A stretch of DNA of 64,000 bases from the human T2T-CHM13v2.0 reference genome, Homo sapiens, in the NCBI RefSeq assembly GCF_009914755.1, contig NC_060940.1; one strand, 5' to 3'. The notes under the pieces are model-generated. The model searched no databases. It was not told where the DNA came from and worked only from the letters and a program-made list of their open reading frames with translations. This document shows positions 12,871 to 26,049 of this stretch, piece after piece. Position numbers and translations under genes: made by a program. Every line of letters begins with the position of its first letter. The first letter of the stretch is position 1.

Positions 12871-13359
12871 CAGCACCCCCTGTTTCAGTCATTGTGATTC
12901 TGGAGATTATGACAAGGCTTGGCTTGAGCTGATGAATTCAGAGCAACTGTGTTTAACAAGGCATTTTGAGTTTGGAAGTCATTCTCAGAGACCTGGGATT
13001 TCCTGAGCCAGTTTCCAGAGTGACAGACAAGCACTTCCTTAGGTTCACACCTGGTGGGATCCTGGCTCAACCTGGGGAAGGTGCTTGTTTGTTTGCGTCA
13101 AAAGAAGAATGATCAGTGGTCAGGTGGTCTGCACCCCTAGCGGCTTCTTGGCCCCAGGACCCCTAGAGGGCATGAGACCCTCTGAGAGCACTGACTTCCC
13201 ATTGTCTAGAATGACCTGCATGATCTGCTCATTTGGTAGGGGTAAGCAGATGGGGAGAAAGCAGGCAGAGAGGGAACTAATCATCACTGAGTCCCTAAGG
13301 CATTCCAACAACTGCTTTCGGATCTTCTGGGGGCTCCCACTTTGTTATAGAGACATTTT

Positions 13360-13600
13360 TTTTAAACTTGTAAAATACTGGAAAAAAAAAATAAAGTAAA
13401 AAACTGAAAATACCCACAATCCTACAACCCAGGAATAACCATTCACATTTTCAAAGACTTGTTTAGGCATACGGGGTGCGTATGCAGGTGTGTTCATCCA
13501 TGTTGTCTTCAATACTTCTTATGAGACAAATAGGGAATAAATAAATGTATGTGCATAATTAGGGTCATGATGTATGCATACTTTTGCATCCTGCATTTTC
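13360..13600 (-). mobile_element. Old L1 (L1ME/L1MC-like) 3' fragment
   Basis: AAAATACCCACAATCCTACAACCCAGGAATAACCATT...CTTTTGCATCCTGCATTTT. Confidence 0.55.
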
Positions 13601-13601
13601 C

Positions 13602-13883
13602 TTTTTTTTTTTTGAGACAGAGTTTTGCTCTCTTGCCCAGGCTGGAGTGCAGTGACGCTATCTCATTCACTGCAACCTCCGCCTCCCCGGTTCAAGCGAC
13701 CCTCCCCCCTCAGCCTCCCTAGTAGCTGGGATTATGAGTATGTGCCACCACGACCTGGCTAATTTGTATTTGGCTAATTTGTATTTTTAGTAGAGAAAGG
13801 GTTTCACCACGTTGGCCAGGCTGATCTCAAACTCCTGACCTCAAGTGATCCGTCCTCCTCAGCCTCCCAAAGTCCTGGGATTA
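13602..13883 (-). mobile_element. Alu (AluS), 5'-truncated, with internal 15-bp duplication
   Basis: T-run then GAGACAGAGT...; ends abruptly at GGGATTA, lacking ~25 nt of the Alu 5' end; TGGCTAATTTGTATT x2. Confidence 0.95.
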
Positions 13884-13989
13884 ATTAAAACCTTGGCTCA
13901 GTTTTATGTTACACTTAAAAGGCTGTCATTGCTCCCAACCCCAGTGCACTTAGTGAGTACTCAAATTTTCATTAAGTAAGGCAGGTGGT

Positions 13990-14280
13990 TTCAGTTTTGA
14001 TAGGATGCTCCAGTGACAGGAAACTCACTACCAGTTGAGTCGGGTAGTTCCACATTTGGGTATCACAAACACTTGAAGGTCCTTCCTTATATCAAAACAG
14101 AATTTGCTGCTATGTAATGGCTCCATACTTGGGACATGCATAACTAGCTAATTCCTTTTCCACGGATTCTTTAAACCAGTTGAGATATTTCTCTACTCTC
14201 CCTCCTCCAGGCTAGTGAACTCAAGTCATTTGAGAGTTTCCTTCCAGGGCCTGATGTTGGGGCTCCTCCCCATTGGAGAT
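13990..14280 (-). mobile_element. L3/CR1 LINE fragment
   Basis: TCCAGTGACAGGAAACTCACTACC...GTTCCACATTTGGG...GAAGGTCCTTCCTTATATC resembles L3. Confidence 0.55.
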
Positions 14281-16074
14281 TCTTTCCTCTGGTAGCCCCC
14301 CTCCCCAACTAGCTGCCTGCATCCCTTTTCAAGAGAGCCCCAGCCTTTGCAGGGTGACCCCCTCACTCTTTCTGCAGCTCACAAGTATTTCAGAAAATGA
14401 GTCCTAATTCTTCAGTAACTAACATGGTGTAGACATGCCACAGCCACTCCCCGAGAACAGTAGTCACACCAAGGTTAAGCTCACCCACTGCCTCTGCGGG
14501 CAACTTTCCTGTTTCTTGATCCTGATCCATCCCTCATTGGCTGTGTGACTGCAAGCACATGTCTGAACCTTTCTGGGCCACCAAGGGTGTAGGAAAGATG
14601 AAGTGATTTGACACTGCACACGCAGAGTTTATTTAAAGTGTAGGGCAGGCTTTACATTGGATGCTGTGCAGCCTATCCTACCTGGGAATTAATTCTTCAC
14701 CTGGGCAAGTTCAAGGCAACATGGAGAAAACAGACCACTCGTGGCACCTTGAGATCCCATGGTGTCAAACTCTCTGGTCCCAGGGAGTGTGTGAGGCCAG
14801 ATTTCTGGGTGAAGTACTCCCATGGTTTCCAATGTGCCAATAGTTTGCTGTACAGTGGGGAAGGGTGTGATGGAGAGATGACTAGGCAGGACTGGGACAC
14901 TCAGACCTGCATATCTAAAGCATCCCTGTTGGGGACATGGGCAGAAAGTCAGATTTGCCAGTGTGCAAGCTTCAGCCATGACTGGTTCCAAGTTACCAAC
15001 TCAGCTCTGCTACTGAGGAGCGGAGAGTCTGTGCAGAGTCCCACACACACACACCCTTTTCAGAAGGGAGCTCCTAGGCCTGGAATCTCAACACCTGGGA
15101 TCAGCTCCGGAATTGGGACAAATGAAAGTTTAAAAACAAGAACAAAGCAGGACAAAGAAAAGAGGCTTTGGTTTAGCACTCCAAAATAAATGGCATTTCT
15201 GTATACTGCTGCAGTTTGGCCAGAAATTAACATGTTTGTAAATTTTGATTAAAATGTAATTTGGAAGGAGGAACAAATGAATAGTTGGAAACCCTCTGGG
15301 GCCTCTGATAATGGGTCTTACTGCTCCCACCAACTCCAGTTCCAATCCAGCATCAGATGATAACAGCCATAACAGAGGCAGCTCCGAAGGAGAGCTAGGG
15401 GACTGCTCTCTGGACAGCAATCAGGACCACAGCTTAGGTGACATCAGGGACAAACCATGTCAAGGAAGAGGACAGCTGCTTAAACTTCATTAACTCAGAG
15501 GCTCTGGATGGAGCTCATGAGATGTCAGCAAACAAAGGTATTGAAATGTCTTTCGAACACTATTTCAAGCATTGATTTTCATTTTCTCTCCCTGGTGTTT
15601 TTGTAGCTGTTATTGCTTCTAAGATGCCTGTTTCATGATTGTCTGTGCTCCACTGGGGAAACCAAAGTCCAAGAGATGATGTGCGTAGCGTGTCTCAACA
15701 CATCCGGCTCTACAGGTGCCCACAGGCCACTCTATCCAGGCACAGAGCCTCTCCCCACCCTGCCCATTGGATAAACTCCTATTCATCCTTTGAGACTCAT
15801 TTCATGGGAGTTGAAACGAAGAAACTTGGGAGTCATTCAGCCCTGGCAGTTCTCCCTCCCACAGCCCAGGTCCCATTGCTTTTCTCTCTTGAATCCTTCC
15901 CCATCCCTCTGATGGTCCTGCCTGCATTCTCTCTCCCCAGGATGTAGTCGCCTCTGTGTAACGAGTACTGAGCTAAGGATGTCATGGGACAACTGCATTT
16001 CATCCACCCAGCAGCCCTATGTGCCTCACTTTAGAGATGAGTAAACTGAGGCTGATATGTAGGGGTGCTGATCT

Positions 16075-16200
16075 ACAACTAACTTGCTCCCCAACCTTGG
16101 ACAGTCTGCTCCCCTCTACGGGCCTCAGTTGTCTCATGTATAAAATGGGGAGTTTGGATAAAATTGTCTTTAAGATTCCATGTAGTTCAAACATTTCATG
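16075..16200 (+). mobile_element. MIR/MIR3 fragment
   Basis: GGGCCTCAGTTGTCTCATGTATAAAATGGGGAGTTTGGATAAAAT. Confidence 0.75.
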
Positions 16201-16559
16201 CCTTGCAGTTTCTTGCTTTTAAAAAAATGCCACTAGTGGGATTGTGTGTTTAGTTTTATATTTGGAACTAGTAAGGTTTTAAGAGAAATATTGATCAGAT
16301 GGACTACAGCATAAGATTGTGAAGGGCCCAGCAGGAAATTTTTGAAGGAAGCAATGTTATCTAACTGACAGAGGAGAGAACACGAGAGCGGAGGGGAATG
16401 ATCCGCTTCCCTCCGAAGAGGTGTCATGCAGAAGAGGCAGTGTGTCTCTCCTCTCTCTCCAGAACAAAATCTGAGCCAATCTCAGGAAGTTCTCAAGAGG
16501 CAGCTGTCAACTAAATTTACAAAACAACTTTCTACATCTGTACTCCTGAGGGACAAAAG

Positions 16560-16790
16560 GTCGCAGGCCTTAGAAATGAAAAGACTCAGGCTGCAAATGG
16601 CTCTGTGACTTACTGAGACCATCTACTTGAATATCCTAAGCTAAGCCTCAGTTTTTTCATCTGTTAAATGGGGATAAAACTAAACCCGCCTCAGAGGATT
16701 GTGGTGAGAGTTAAAATAAATAATAGTTGCAAAGTGTTTAGCACAGTGCTAGACTTACAACTAGTTGCAGTTATTATTATCATCATCATT
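16560..16790 (+). mobile_element. MIR
   Basis: GCCTCAGTTTTTTCATCTGTTAAATGGGGATAA...GATTGTGGTGAGAGTTAAA...AAAGTGTTTAGCACAGTG. Confidence 0.85.
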
Positions 16791-17891
16791 AGAGTTAATA
16801 TTGTTACCATCAGGTTTTTTATCGTCTTCACACTGAGGCAGGCACCTCTCCTTCAAGGGGGAGGCTGGAAGTTACCCCTTCCCAGGCAAAGCCTCTTTGG
16901 TGACATCAAACCTGACCTCTGAACAGACCACAGAACACTATCCAACAGCATGGGCAGACCTCGTTGGCAAAAGCTGGATCCACTTTGAGCCTTGACTCAC
17001 GCCACGCACCCAAACAATTCACCGGTTTCTTGAAATTCATGACTTGAAGGAATCTCAGCATCTCACACCTGATCCTGGAGGCAGCCTTATGGCCTCCCCT
17101 CCTGGAAGTGTCAATAAGGTGACAACACAACCTCCTCTGAAAAGCACAGAAAGGTCTATTCACATGGTGCCCAAACATGTCCTGAGTTCATGGGGACAGA
17201 GAAGCCAGGAGAGCAGGCTTAGGGAAGGAAAGAAGTTTATTAACTTGCACGATGTGCAGGTCCTAAAGAGGGCTGGGGCAGCAACGCATGGAGACAGACT
17301 CCTTGATTAACTTGGAAAAGCAACTACCCCAAAAAACAGAAGAAAGGAGCCAGGTGAACCTACACATCCCAAATCATCCTCAGGACTGATCTCCTTAATT
17401 CTGAAGATTCAAAAATCAAAGCTTCTTTTCTGTTTTATCCAAGAGCCCTCAGATAGTAGTTCTTTTCTCGAAGGGGAGAAATGAAGCTGAAAACTTGTTT
17501 TGTTCTCTCGTACTAGCCTATACTTTCTAGTTTTCAGAAGCCCCACAATTCATATTCTTTTAAATATCTTTAGAAAATAAAATTTGTTGTGCAGGCAGGT
17601 GATGACACAAACTTGACAGATGGGTAAAAGCTTCTTTTGCCCTGGGCACTCCTGTTAATGTACCAGGATATCTAAATTACTGAAAAAAATCTCTCCTTCT
17701 GCCTTTATTTAAAACAAACAAACAAAACAATACTAGTATAGCAGTGTGATTCAGACTTTATTTTGTTTGAAGCCAGTCTGTTTCCTGAACAAAGATTTAG
17801 GTTTGGGAATCCATGGACCCCATGACTAGAGAAGTGCTTGGATTTTTTCCTTTTTAAAGTCTTGGTCAAGAGCTGAGCTTTGCCACCAGGC

Positions 17892-17992
17892 CAGTGGTTC
17901 TCAGTCCCAGCTGCACATCAGAATCACCCAGGCAGCTTTAAAAATACCAGTGCCAGACTCCACCCAAAGCAATTAAACTGTAATCTCTGGGC
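17892..17992 (+). mobile_element. MER5A-like hAT-Charlie fragment
   Basis: CAGTGGTTCTCAG...CTGCACATCAGAATCACCCAGGCAGCTTTAAAAATAC. Confidence 0.8.
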
Positions 17993-18299
17993 AAGCAATG
18001 CAGTGCAAGTCAATGAACCAGACCGTAGCCTCCCAGGTCCAAGCTGTCTGGTGAGAACAGGTACTCATCCTCCCTGGACTTTACCTTCCCCATCCATATA
18101 ATGGGAGAGGCAATATGCCACTCTCCTGGGGCAGCTGCAAAGATTTTGGAGTTATTTCATGTGAAATGCTCACTTAGCCCATGCTTGGCTCTTCCTAAGA
18201 TGGCATGGGTGCTGAGTGATGGCATTTGGCTGTGGGCAACTCCCTGACATCCTTGCATAGGTGGAAAGCTCTATGACCATGGGCAGTATGAATCAGGGA

Positions 18300-18450
18300 T
18301 CCCTGTTCCCAGTCCTAGTGTCCTTATCTGTGAAATGCAATAATAGTAGCATCTACCACAGAAAGTCATTTTGAAGAGTCAATGATGTAAGTCATGTAAA
18401 GTTTAGCACAATGCACGATATATACACAACAATACATATTAGCTCTCACT
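18300..18450 (+). mobile_element. MIR fragment
   Basis: CCTTATCTGTGAAATGCAATAATAGTAGCATCTACC...CATGTAAAGTTTAGCACAATG. Confidence 0.7.
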
Positions 18451-18499
18451 AGTGAAAAAAAGTGATACATAACTTAGAGGAGCTATCCTATAAAATACA

Positions 18500-18620
18500 G
18501 ATTTGTGCCCCCATTATAGAGATAATAGGTTAAGTGACTTGCCAAAAGTCACCAGCTGAAAAGCAGAATACCCAAGATTTGAACCTCAGACTGTCTTTCT
18601 CCAAAGTCTATATTTCTCCC
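18500..18620 (-). mobile_element. MIR fragment
   Basis: GGTTAAGTGACTTGCCAAAAGTCACCAGCT...GATTTGAACCTCAG. Confidence 0.75.
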
Positions 18621-19794
18621 TCTTTGTCAATTGCCTTTATGATAGTACCTTGGTTGCTTCTTCAGTGAGGGCTAAAGTCATTGCCCTGGCATTTAAGACC
18701 CTTAAAGTTGGACTTCCATCAGCCATTTCCAATCTTAGCTCCACTTGCACCCACTGTTCCTCGAATGTCCACTGTGCATTCTCGCCTTTGGGCCTCAAGT
18801 CATACACCTACTTGGGCCTAAATCTTTCCTCTTTTCCGTGGCTGGTTCGGATGCCTCTCCCCCCTCCTCACAATCTGCCTGCCAGCAGTGCTTCGTGCTC
18901 TGCTGAGGCCCAGGAGCACTTTGTGAATTTTCTTAGTCTGTCTGATATTATCAAATCTTGCTTGCAAGGCATCTCTGTCCTGCCAGACTGGGCTCTTAGG
19001 AGCAAGAATTTGTCCTAATCATCTCTATCCTGGCTGCAACTCTTAGTAACTCAATCCCATGCCTTCCGTTTTTAAATAGGGTAGGGTGGAGGAGACAGGT
19101 TTGTCATAAATCAATCCATTTGACTAATATGGGATGTCATAGACACCCTTAACATTATTAATTGTCAACAAGGTTTGGCTGTGAAGTGTTTGGCAAGCTG
19201 CCCATGATGAGTTTTTGACAGTCAGTCATGTTGGAAATTTGGGGTGGCAGATGGGTGTGGTTAGCAGCATATGGCTTGAAGTGTAGTTTCGGTGTTTATG
19301 TATTTTTACAAACTATGACTTTATATTTATGCATCAAGAAGAGAAAGAATTCAAAATTAAGTTGTGCATTTCAGGGAATTGTGTTAACGTTCTTCAACAA
19401 AAAGCAAATTTCAGGTTGTAGAGAGCACCCTGGAGAGGGAGCTGGGATCCCTGGGTGTTAGTCCCACCGCTGGCAACACCTGTGATGACCACCAGCCAGT
19501 GAATTCCTCCCTCTGGGGAGGTATTTGATGTTTGTTCTATGTCCAATACTCTAGGATCATTGAATGCCAATTGAGTGGCATTTGTGGACTCTGGTATTTA
19601 TTCTTCAGGACCATGGGAGGGTGAAAAAGTTTTGAATGTTCTTGCCCCTGGAATGGCCTTGGGTGGTGGCCAGAGGTCTGGACCTGAAGGACTGCATCTC
19701 CGTTTTCTGGATTCATTTGACAGATGCACAGATTCTAAACTGTCTGCGATAAGGAAAGCACTGCTCCCATGAGATCTGGGTTTTAGGGAAATAG

Positions 19795-20137
<343 letters not shown>

Positions 20138-20189
20138 GGCCCTCACAATCTTTTAAACTCCCAGGGTGATTCCTAAATCTGAGTTCTTG

Positions 20190-20310
20190 GAGATTGATCT
20201 GTCCAACTTTCTCTTTTCATGGATGAGGAGAGTGAGGCCCAGACAAGGGGAAATGACTTGCCCAAGGTTGTAAAGGATAGTGGGGTAGAGCTGGGACCAG
20301 GGGTTGTTCT
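20190..20310 (-). mobile_element. MIR fragment
   Basis: GATGAGGAGAGTGAGGCCCAGA...ATGACTTGCCCAAGGT. Confidence 0.75.
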
Positions 20311-20759
20311 CCTGGATCAGGGATTACCTTACCACACACACTGTGCTGTGGAACTTAGTGGAGGCAACTACAGAAGTGTGGCTGGGGTTGGGGATAAATC
20401 CTGCCCCTCTTGGAAGGGGATGGCTGGATACCTGGAGCCACCTGCACCTTTGCAAGCCCCCTAAAGTCAGAGGTCTGAGCTGGAGGAACAATGGAGAATG
20501 TCTCATCCTGCCTTCCCCATCCTGGGAGGAATACACATGAGCCGGGGCAGGAAAAGATGCTGGGAGCAAGGCAGGTTTTACAAAGGTCAGTGGATTCAAT
20601 GTGGGTAACTTACAGTCAACTTTTCTGTTTTAAGCAAACACATATCAGGGAAAATTGTGCAGAATCTACTTGAATGATGAATGAAGTTGTCTACTGCCTC
20701 CTTCTTCTGGTGCTCTGAGAACCCAGTGTTACCCTCCTCTATCCCGAGAGGACATTAAT

Positions 20760-21100
20760 TGTTATGGACTGAAAGTTTGTGTCTCCCCCAAATTCATATG
20801 TTGAAATCCTAACCCTCAATATGAGAGTATTTGGAGATGGAGTCTTTGGGAAGCAATCAGAGTTAGATGAGGTCATGAGGGTAGAAGAGGTGACATGGGA
20901 TCTTTCTCTCTGCTCTCCTCCATAGGAGGACACAAGGAGAAAGCAGCCATCTGCAGACTAGGAGGCAGACCCTGACCAGACACCAGATCTGTTGGCACCT
21001 TGATCTTGAACTTCCCAGCCTCCAGAACTACAGGAAATAAATGTTTATTGTCTAAACTACCCAATTCTGTATTTTTGTTATAGCAGCCTGAGCTCTGACG
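20760..21100 (+). mobile_element. MLT1A/A0-like solo LTR with 5-bp TSD
   Basis: TGTTATGGACTGAA...CCCCAAATTCATATGTTGAAATCCTAACC...CAGCCTCCAGAACT...AATAAA; TSD TTAAT at 20755-20759 and 21101-21105. Confidence 0.92.
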
Positions 21101-21399
21101 TTAATCTTGCACAACCTCTCCATTTTACAAATAAGTAGACTGAAATCCAGAGAGGGCAAGTAACCTTTTCAAGACACACAAGAACCAAGACTTTCTGCTG
21201 AATCATGATCGGCTCCTGTCCCACACCTGTTGCAAAGGCTCGGGAAATTCTCCACCCTTATGCAGCTAGGCTAGAGCCACTCCACACATCTTCCAAGGCG
21301 CTGGAATGCTCACAGTCAGGAGGATTTGAAAGATTTCCTGTTTTTAAAAAGCTGAAATCGAAAAGTGCTGTCATTTTCTTTAAATACATTCTTTTGAAT

Positions 21400-21670
21400 A
21401 AAACATCTATTCTTGATGCCAGCAGCAAGCTTCGAAACATGTTCAAGATGACATGATTGATAACAAGAAGGCTTTTTCAAGATGTTTCTAATTTCATCTT
21501 CCTGGTTAAAGAATGCGAACTTTCTAACATGATGTATGGCCTAATAAGAGGTGCGCGTGAACCGAAGTTATTTATTTATGCTTCCATTTTTGACAGATGA
21601 ATATTAACTACTGGGAAAATTGTAAAGCCAATTAGTAAAAGCCGAATAATGTCCATATGAGAATGTATGA
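21400..21670. promoter_or_regulatory. Candidate enhancer (PBX-HOX/MEIS and p53-family-like sites)
   Basis: TGACATGATTGAT, TGACAG, TTTATG and AAACATGTTC in unique DNA; function is inferred only. Confidence 0.3.
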
Positions 21671-24600
21671 CTAGAAACACACATTACTTCTCATCCAAAC
21701 AACAGAGCTTCCTCTGGGAAGCTGTGGCCAGGCCAGGCCATGGTGGCTTCTTTCCCTCGCAGGTGCCCCCAGGTTGGCCTTGATGAAGTCCAATTCCAGA
21801 ACAGATTCTGGAATCCCCAAGGGAGAGTGGTTCTTGCCACTCCATATGTGGGACATACATAAAACGTGCATTTCTGCCAATCCTGTCGGCTTTCTCCAGC
21901 TACCCAGCTGGCAGACCTCCAGGACTGAGGGAAGCTAAGGAAGAAATGGGAGACGCAGAACTCTAAAGACGGCCTGCACTGGCTCCATTCTCTTCTGCGT
22001 CTTAGGGGCAGTCTGTTGTAGGGGAATCAGGGGTAACAAACCTCCCAATCCCTCACCCCCTCATCTCCTAGAGCTTGTCTTGCTCTTAATGCTGATACAG
22101 CTCCCAGGAGCTGGATAAAGCCACAAACAAAAGCCAATTTGGAAGCAAGTCACACATTCAAAAATATTTCTTGAACGCCTACTGTGTGCCAGGCAACCAG
22201 AAATGCAAAACAGACACACTCCCTGCTCTCATGGGGCTTCCATGCCAGAGGGCAATGTAGCAGGGCCCCTGTGGGGACCCAGGAGAAGGCTGACACCCTG
22301 AGACACTGCTGGATGCCCCTGTACCCGTTGGCCTCATCACTGAAGCCGAGAAAGGGAAGCGAAGGGGCTGACAGCAGCTTCCAAAATTAACAAGAGGTTA
22401 ATTTACCCAACACATGCTGCAAATGTTGTATTATGCTTCTAGAAATGAAACAAACAACCTGAGATTTCACTTGGAGGCTGTGAATTATTCTTTCCCCCAG
22501 CACCCTGGGCACCAATCTGTCACCTTGGATTTTTTAGCCCATTGCTAATTTTTAATAACTTCTTGACAACTGCTTGCTTCATATTACAACAATGCTACCA
22601 CTGTGCAATTTAAGAAAGTAATAAATGCTCTTTAAAGTATAGAAGGCACTCCTCCCAATACCCTACACCCACTCCCTACCCTGCATATTTAGCCAATGAT
22701 CAGATCTGCCTAAAAACCAAACTGTAAGTTTTTCCCATTACAAATAATTTGCTTTTAAAAGAAAAGGCCCCTTTCCAACTGAAACTCCCAAGTACAATAA
22801 AAAACCTAGAAGGGCTCCTATTTTCTTCTGCCCCTTGACTCCCCTTGCCTCATCTGTGAGCCTCGCTAAAGTGTGTGATTGGATTTTTCATTAAAAGCCC
22901 CCCTCCCACTTTCTGAAGAATCCAAGAAGCAGCAGAAATCAGATCTAGCGTTGTAAAATCCTAGCATATCTGAGTCGGGAGGAACCTTGGGGATATGCAC
23001 TTTCTAACCCTCTGATTTCCCATTTTTTCAAAGGAGGAAACTGCCTAAGTCCACGCAGGCATTATGTCAGGGCCGGGACAGGAAGCCCATTCTCTTGGCT
23101 GCTAGATCGTTTCCACCTGACCAATGCCACTTCACATCTGGGTTTTCCCACCTCCTGGCCCCCAGTTATCATCCTGGGATTTCACATCCTAAATAAACTG
23201 TGCAGAATCTCCAAGAGCTCTTTGGGAATCCAGGTGCATGTGTGCAATGAATAACCTCATCAATTACAGAGGAGATGGTCATGTGTGTGATTGTGTATGG
23301 AATGCTCTTCCTATCTCTGGAATAAAATCTTTGATGCCATTGGTACTCTATTCTTCCAAAATAAAGTATAGAAAATTTCCATTTCTTCCAGTGGTTAAGT
23401 ACAGAGTTCGAAAGGTCATAAACTGTTTTACATGACCAAATTGATTAGCTTCTCTATCCCTACCTAACAAAATGCAAGAGATCCAAGTGTTTCATTTCAG
23501 CCCAAGAAATCCATCGTTAAGTTTAATGCAAACATTGTTCTTCATTACTCAGCTGGATCTTCTTTGAAAGGGAATTCATTGTAATACGATTTGGACAAAC
23601 CTGCAGAATCATATTAAAACCATAAACTATGTAGAAGTACACGTGCTGGCAGGCATGGGAGATAAGTTGGGCACTTGGAAAAGTTATTATCATGCTCCAA
23701 ATTTAGTGTTCCAGTGTCTAACTGCAACTCATAATGTTAACTATCAGGCTGTTTAGGCATCTTTATTTCTTGTCAGGAAAATGAAATTGTCTCCTGTCAT
23801 GTTGGACAGTCTGGGTATATAACTTATGTCACAGACAACAAAAATGTGTAATTTTATATGTTCCTGTACTCAATATTTTAGTACAAAAGGACTTCAAACT
23901 CGAATTAATACACTTGTTCAGCATGCCATTTTTGAAAACCATAGCGGAGCAGCAAATGAAGAACATTACGTGATACAAGCAACTTGTCTTGCTATTTTTT
24001 TTTTTTTTAGTTAAGACGTAAGGAGAGAAAAGGAGTAGATATTTATCACTCTAAGTTACTTCCTGAAGTCTGAAGAATTCTCTCTTTCATCATTGTAATT
24101 TGGTAATTAGATCCATAAACATGCAATTAGCTAGAAAGGGGACGTTTTTATTTGTCCCAGAATTTGCAAAGAAATTTGCCACCCCAACCCAAGTTTTTGG
24201 TACCGTGTGGGTCTTCTGGGTCTGGGTTTTCATGATTCACCAGTGACCACAGAAATGGGGCCATGATGGCAATGGCCCTCCTACCCTGTTTCTTCACTCC
24301 TTCATCTTGATGTCAACTGTATGCCCCTAAAAATGTCTACCATCGACTGGTCCCACCTTTCCCTTCTTCCCTGTCTTGACCATAAACCAGCCACTCCACG
24401 TATGTTTGCACCATACTTGCCCCCATCCCACCCCATGCTCCATAGACTTCTCCTCTGTCTTTGAGGCTCCATGGCTTCCTGTCCTTCCTCCTCCAAAACT
24501 CCCTCACCCCCAATTGTGCCTGCTCCTGAGTCCCCCATCTTAAACTGAGGACACTCTCTCTTGACCCCACACTCCCCTCCTCTCCCTGCTCCTGTCTTCT

Positions 24601-24769
24601 CGTCACTGTGGAGTCATTCTCACTCCAGTTCTGATCCTTCTCTTTCCCATTCTAACAACCTGCTATGCAGCTGTTAATATGCTTCTGCACCATCTGAACC
24701 ACCTGCACCACAAGCAAAACTGTCCCTTCTAATTTGCCCATGTCAAAGGGTTCAGCCCTCAGACCTTCT

Positions 24770-25065
24770 AGCCATTGCCAGCATCACACCCATGCCCATA
24801 TTCCCTCAGTCCTTACCACTCCTGAGCATGCAGACCCTACAGCTTCCACTATAGCACGTGCAACTCTGCCTGAGGGCCTTTTCTGGTCACTGGACCATGC
24901 TCAGCTCACATGGGCAGACCAGAAGTGCCAGGGAGTTGGTACCTCCCAGAAGCAGCTCTCTACCAATAATGGACAAGACTTGGTGGATAAACACCCCAGT
25001 TCCCTCATCCCTTGTTGGGGATAATCTTGAAGCATATTCTACAATGTCTACTAGAGTTCCCATGC
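24770..25065 (+). mobile_element. LTR16-like ERVL LTR fragment
   Basis: CTCTGCCTGAGGGCCTTTTCTGG...GGTGGATAAACACCCCAGTTCCCTCATCCCTTG...GCATATTCTACA. Confidence 0.65.
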
Positions 25066-25754
25066 TGGTTTTAACCCCACTGTGGTTATTTAATGCTCTC
25101 ATGGTCAGGGATTTTATGGTTGGAAGAAACAGACCAATCCCAGCTGGTTCAAGGGACAAGATCCAGGCTGGAGACATAAACCTGGGAGGCCTTGGCATAC
25201 TGACACATGAGTGAAGCAGCAATTACAAGTAACACACTTCCTGTCTCACAAGGTGGCTGTGAGAGGGGAAATGGATACTTCACCCCACCCTGCTCAGCAC
25301 TGTGCTAGGCCACAAACTGAAAGCTTGGTAAACAGGAATGTTCTCACTTGCATAAGGTTATGCAAGAATACATTTGTATAATCACAGAATTTTGGATAGA
25401 TCGTCTAGCTCAAAAGCCTTAATTTGCAGGTGGAAAAACTAAGGCTAAGACAAAGGAATTGACTTGCCCGGCATTTTCCCACCATTAAAGATTGTTTCCT
25501 TAAGATTTACATGCCCAGCAGTAAAGGAGAAAGGTGAAGTTTAACTGTTCCTTGATATTCAATTAGACTGTTAGGAGTTACCAATAAACTTTCTAAAGGC
25601 CAAAGCCAATAAACACGCTTTCGTTTTGATTTTGTTTCTGCCTTCTGCATCTAGTGCTGCTGGCCACTCCCCTGATTTAAACTCTCCTGATTCAGCTGAT
25701 TTTCTGGCAAGAAAGAAAATGAGGAAGAAAAAGGAAAAAGGGCAGAAGGGAAAG

Positions 25755-25990
25755 TGACCTAGGGCAGATTCCCTGGAAGCAGAGCGCAGGGCAGGATTTG
25801 GATGCACTGAGGCAGTGAGGAAACGCTCTTGGGAGGGAGCGGTGAGAGAAGGACAGGGCAGGGAAGGGAAGGGGCCCGGCAAGGGTGGGACCGCAAGCAG
25901 AGGCTAGCTGGACCCCATAGGAAGCTCCAGAGCAAGGGAAAGGGGACCCTCCCTGTGTGCCCTGTTGGTTAGTAGGTGGCCCAGGCAGCC
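25755..25990 (-). mobile_element. LTR33/LTR16-like ERVL LTR fragment
   Basis: GATTCCCTGGAAGCAGAGCGCAGGGCAGGATTTGGATGCA. Confidence 0.5.
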
Positions 25991-26049
25991 AAGGCCGGGA
26001 GAAGCAAAGCCACCAGAGTTGGAATGAATTCTTATTTTATGTTGCTGTA

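Noticed and set aside
15311-15493. Protein-like S/D/N-rich 60-aa ORF
   Set aside because: No convincing upstream acceptor or promoter and no recognisable homologue; tBLASTn or PhyloCSF would be needed to rescue it.
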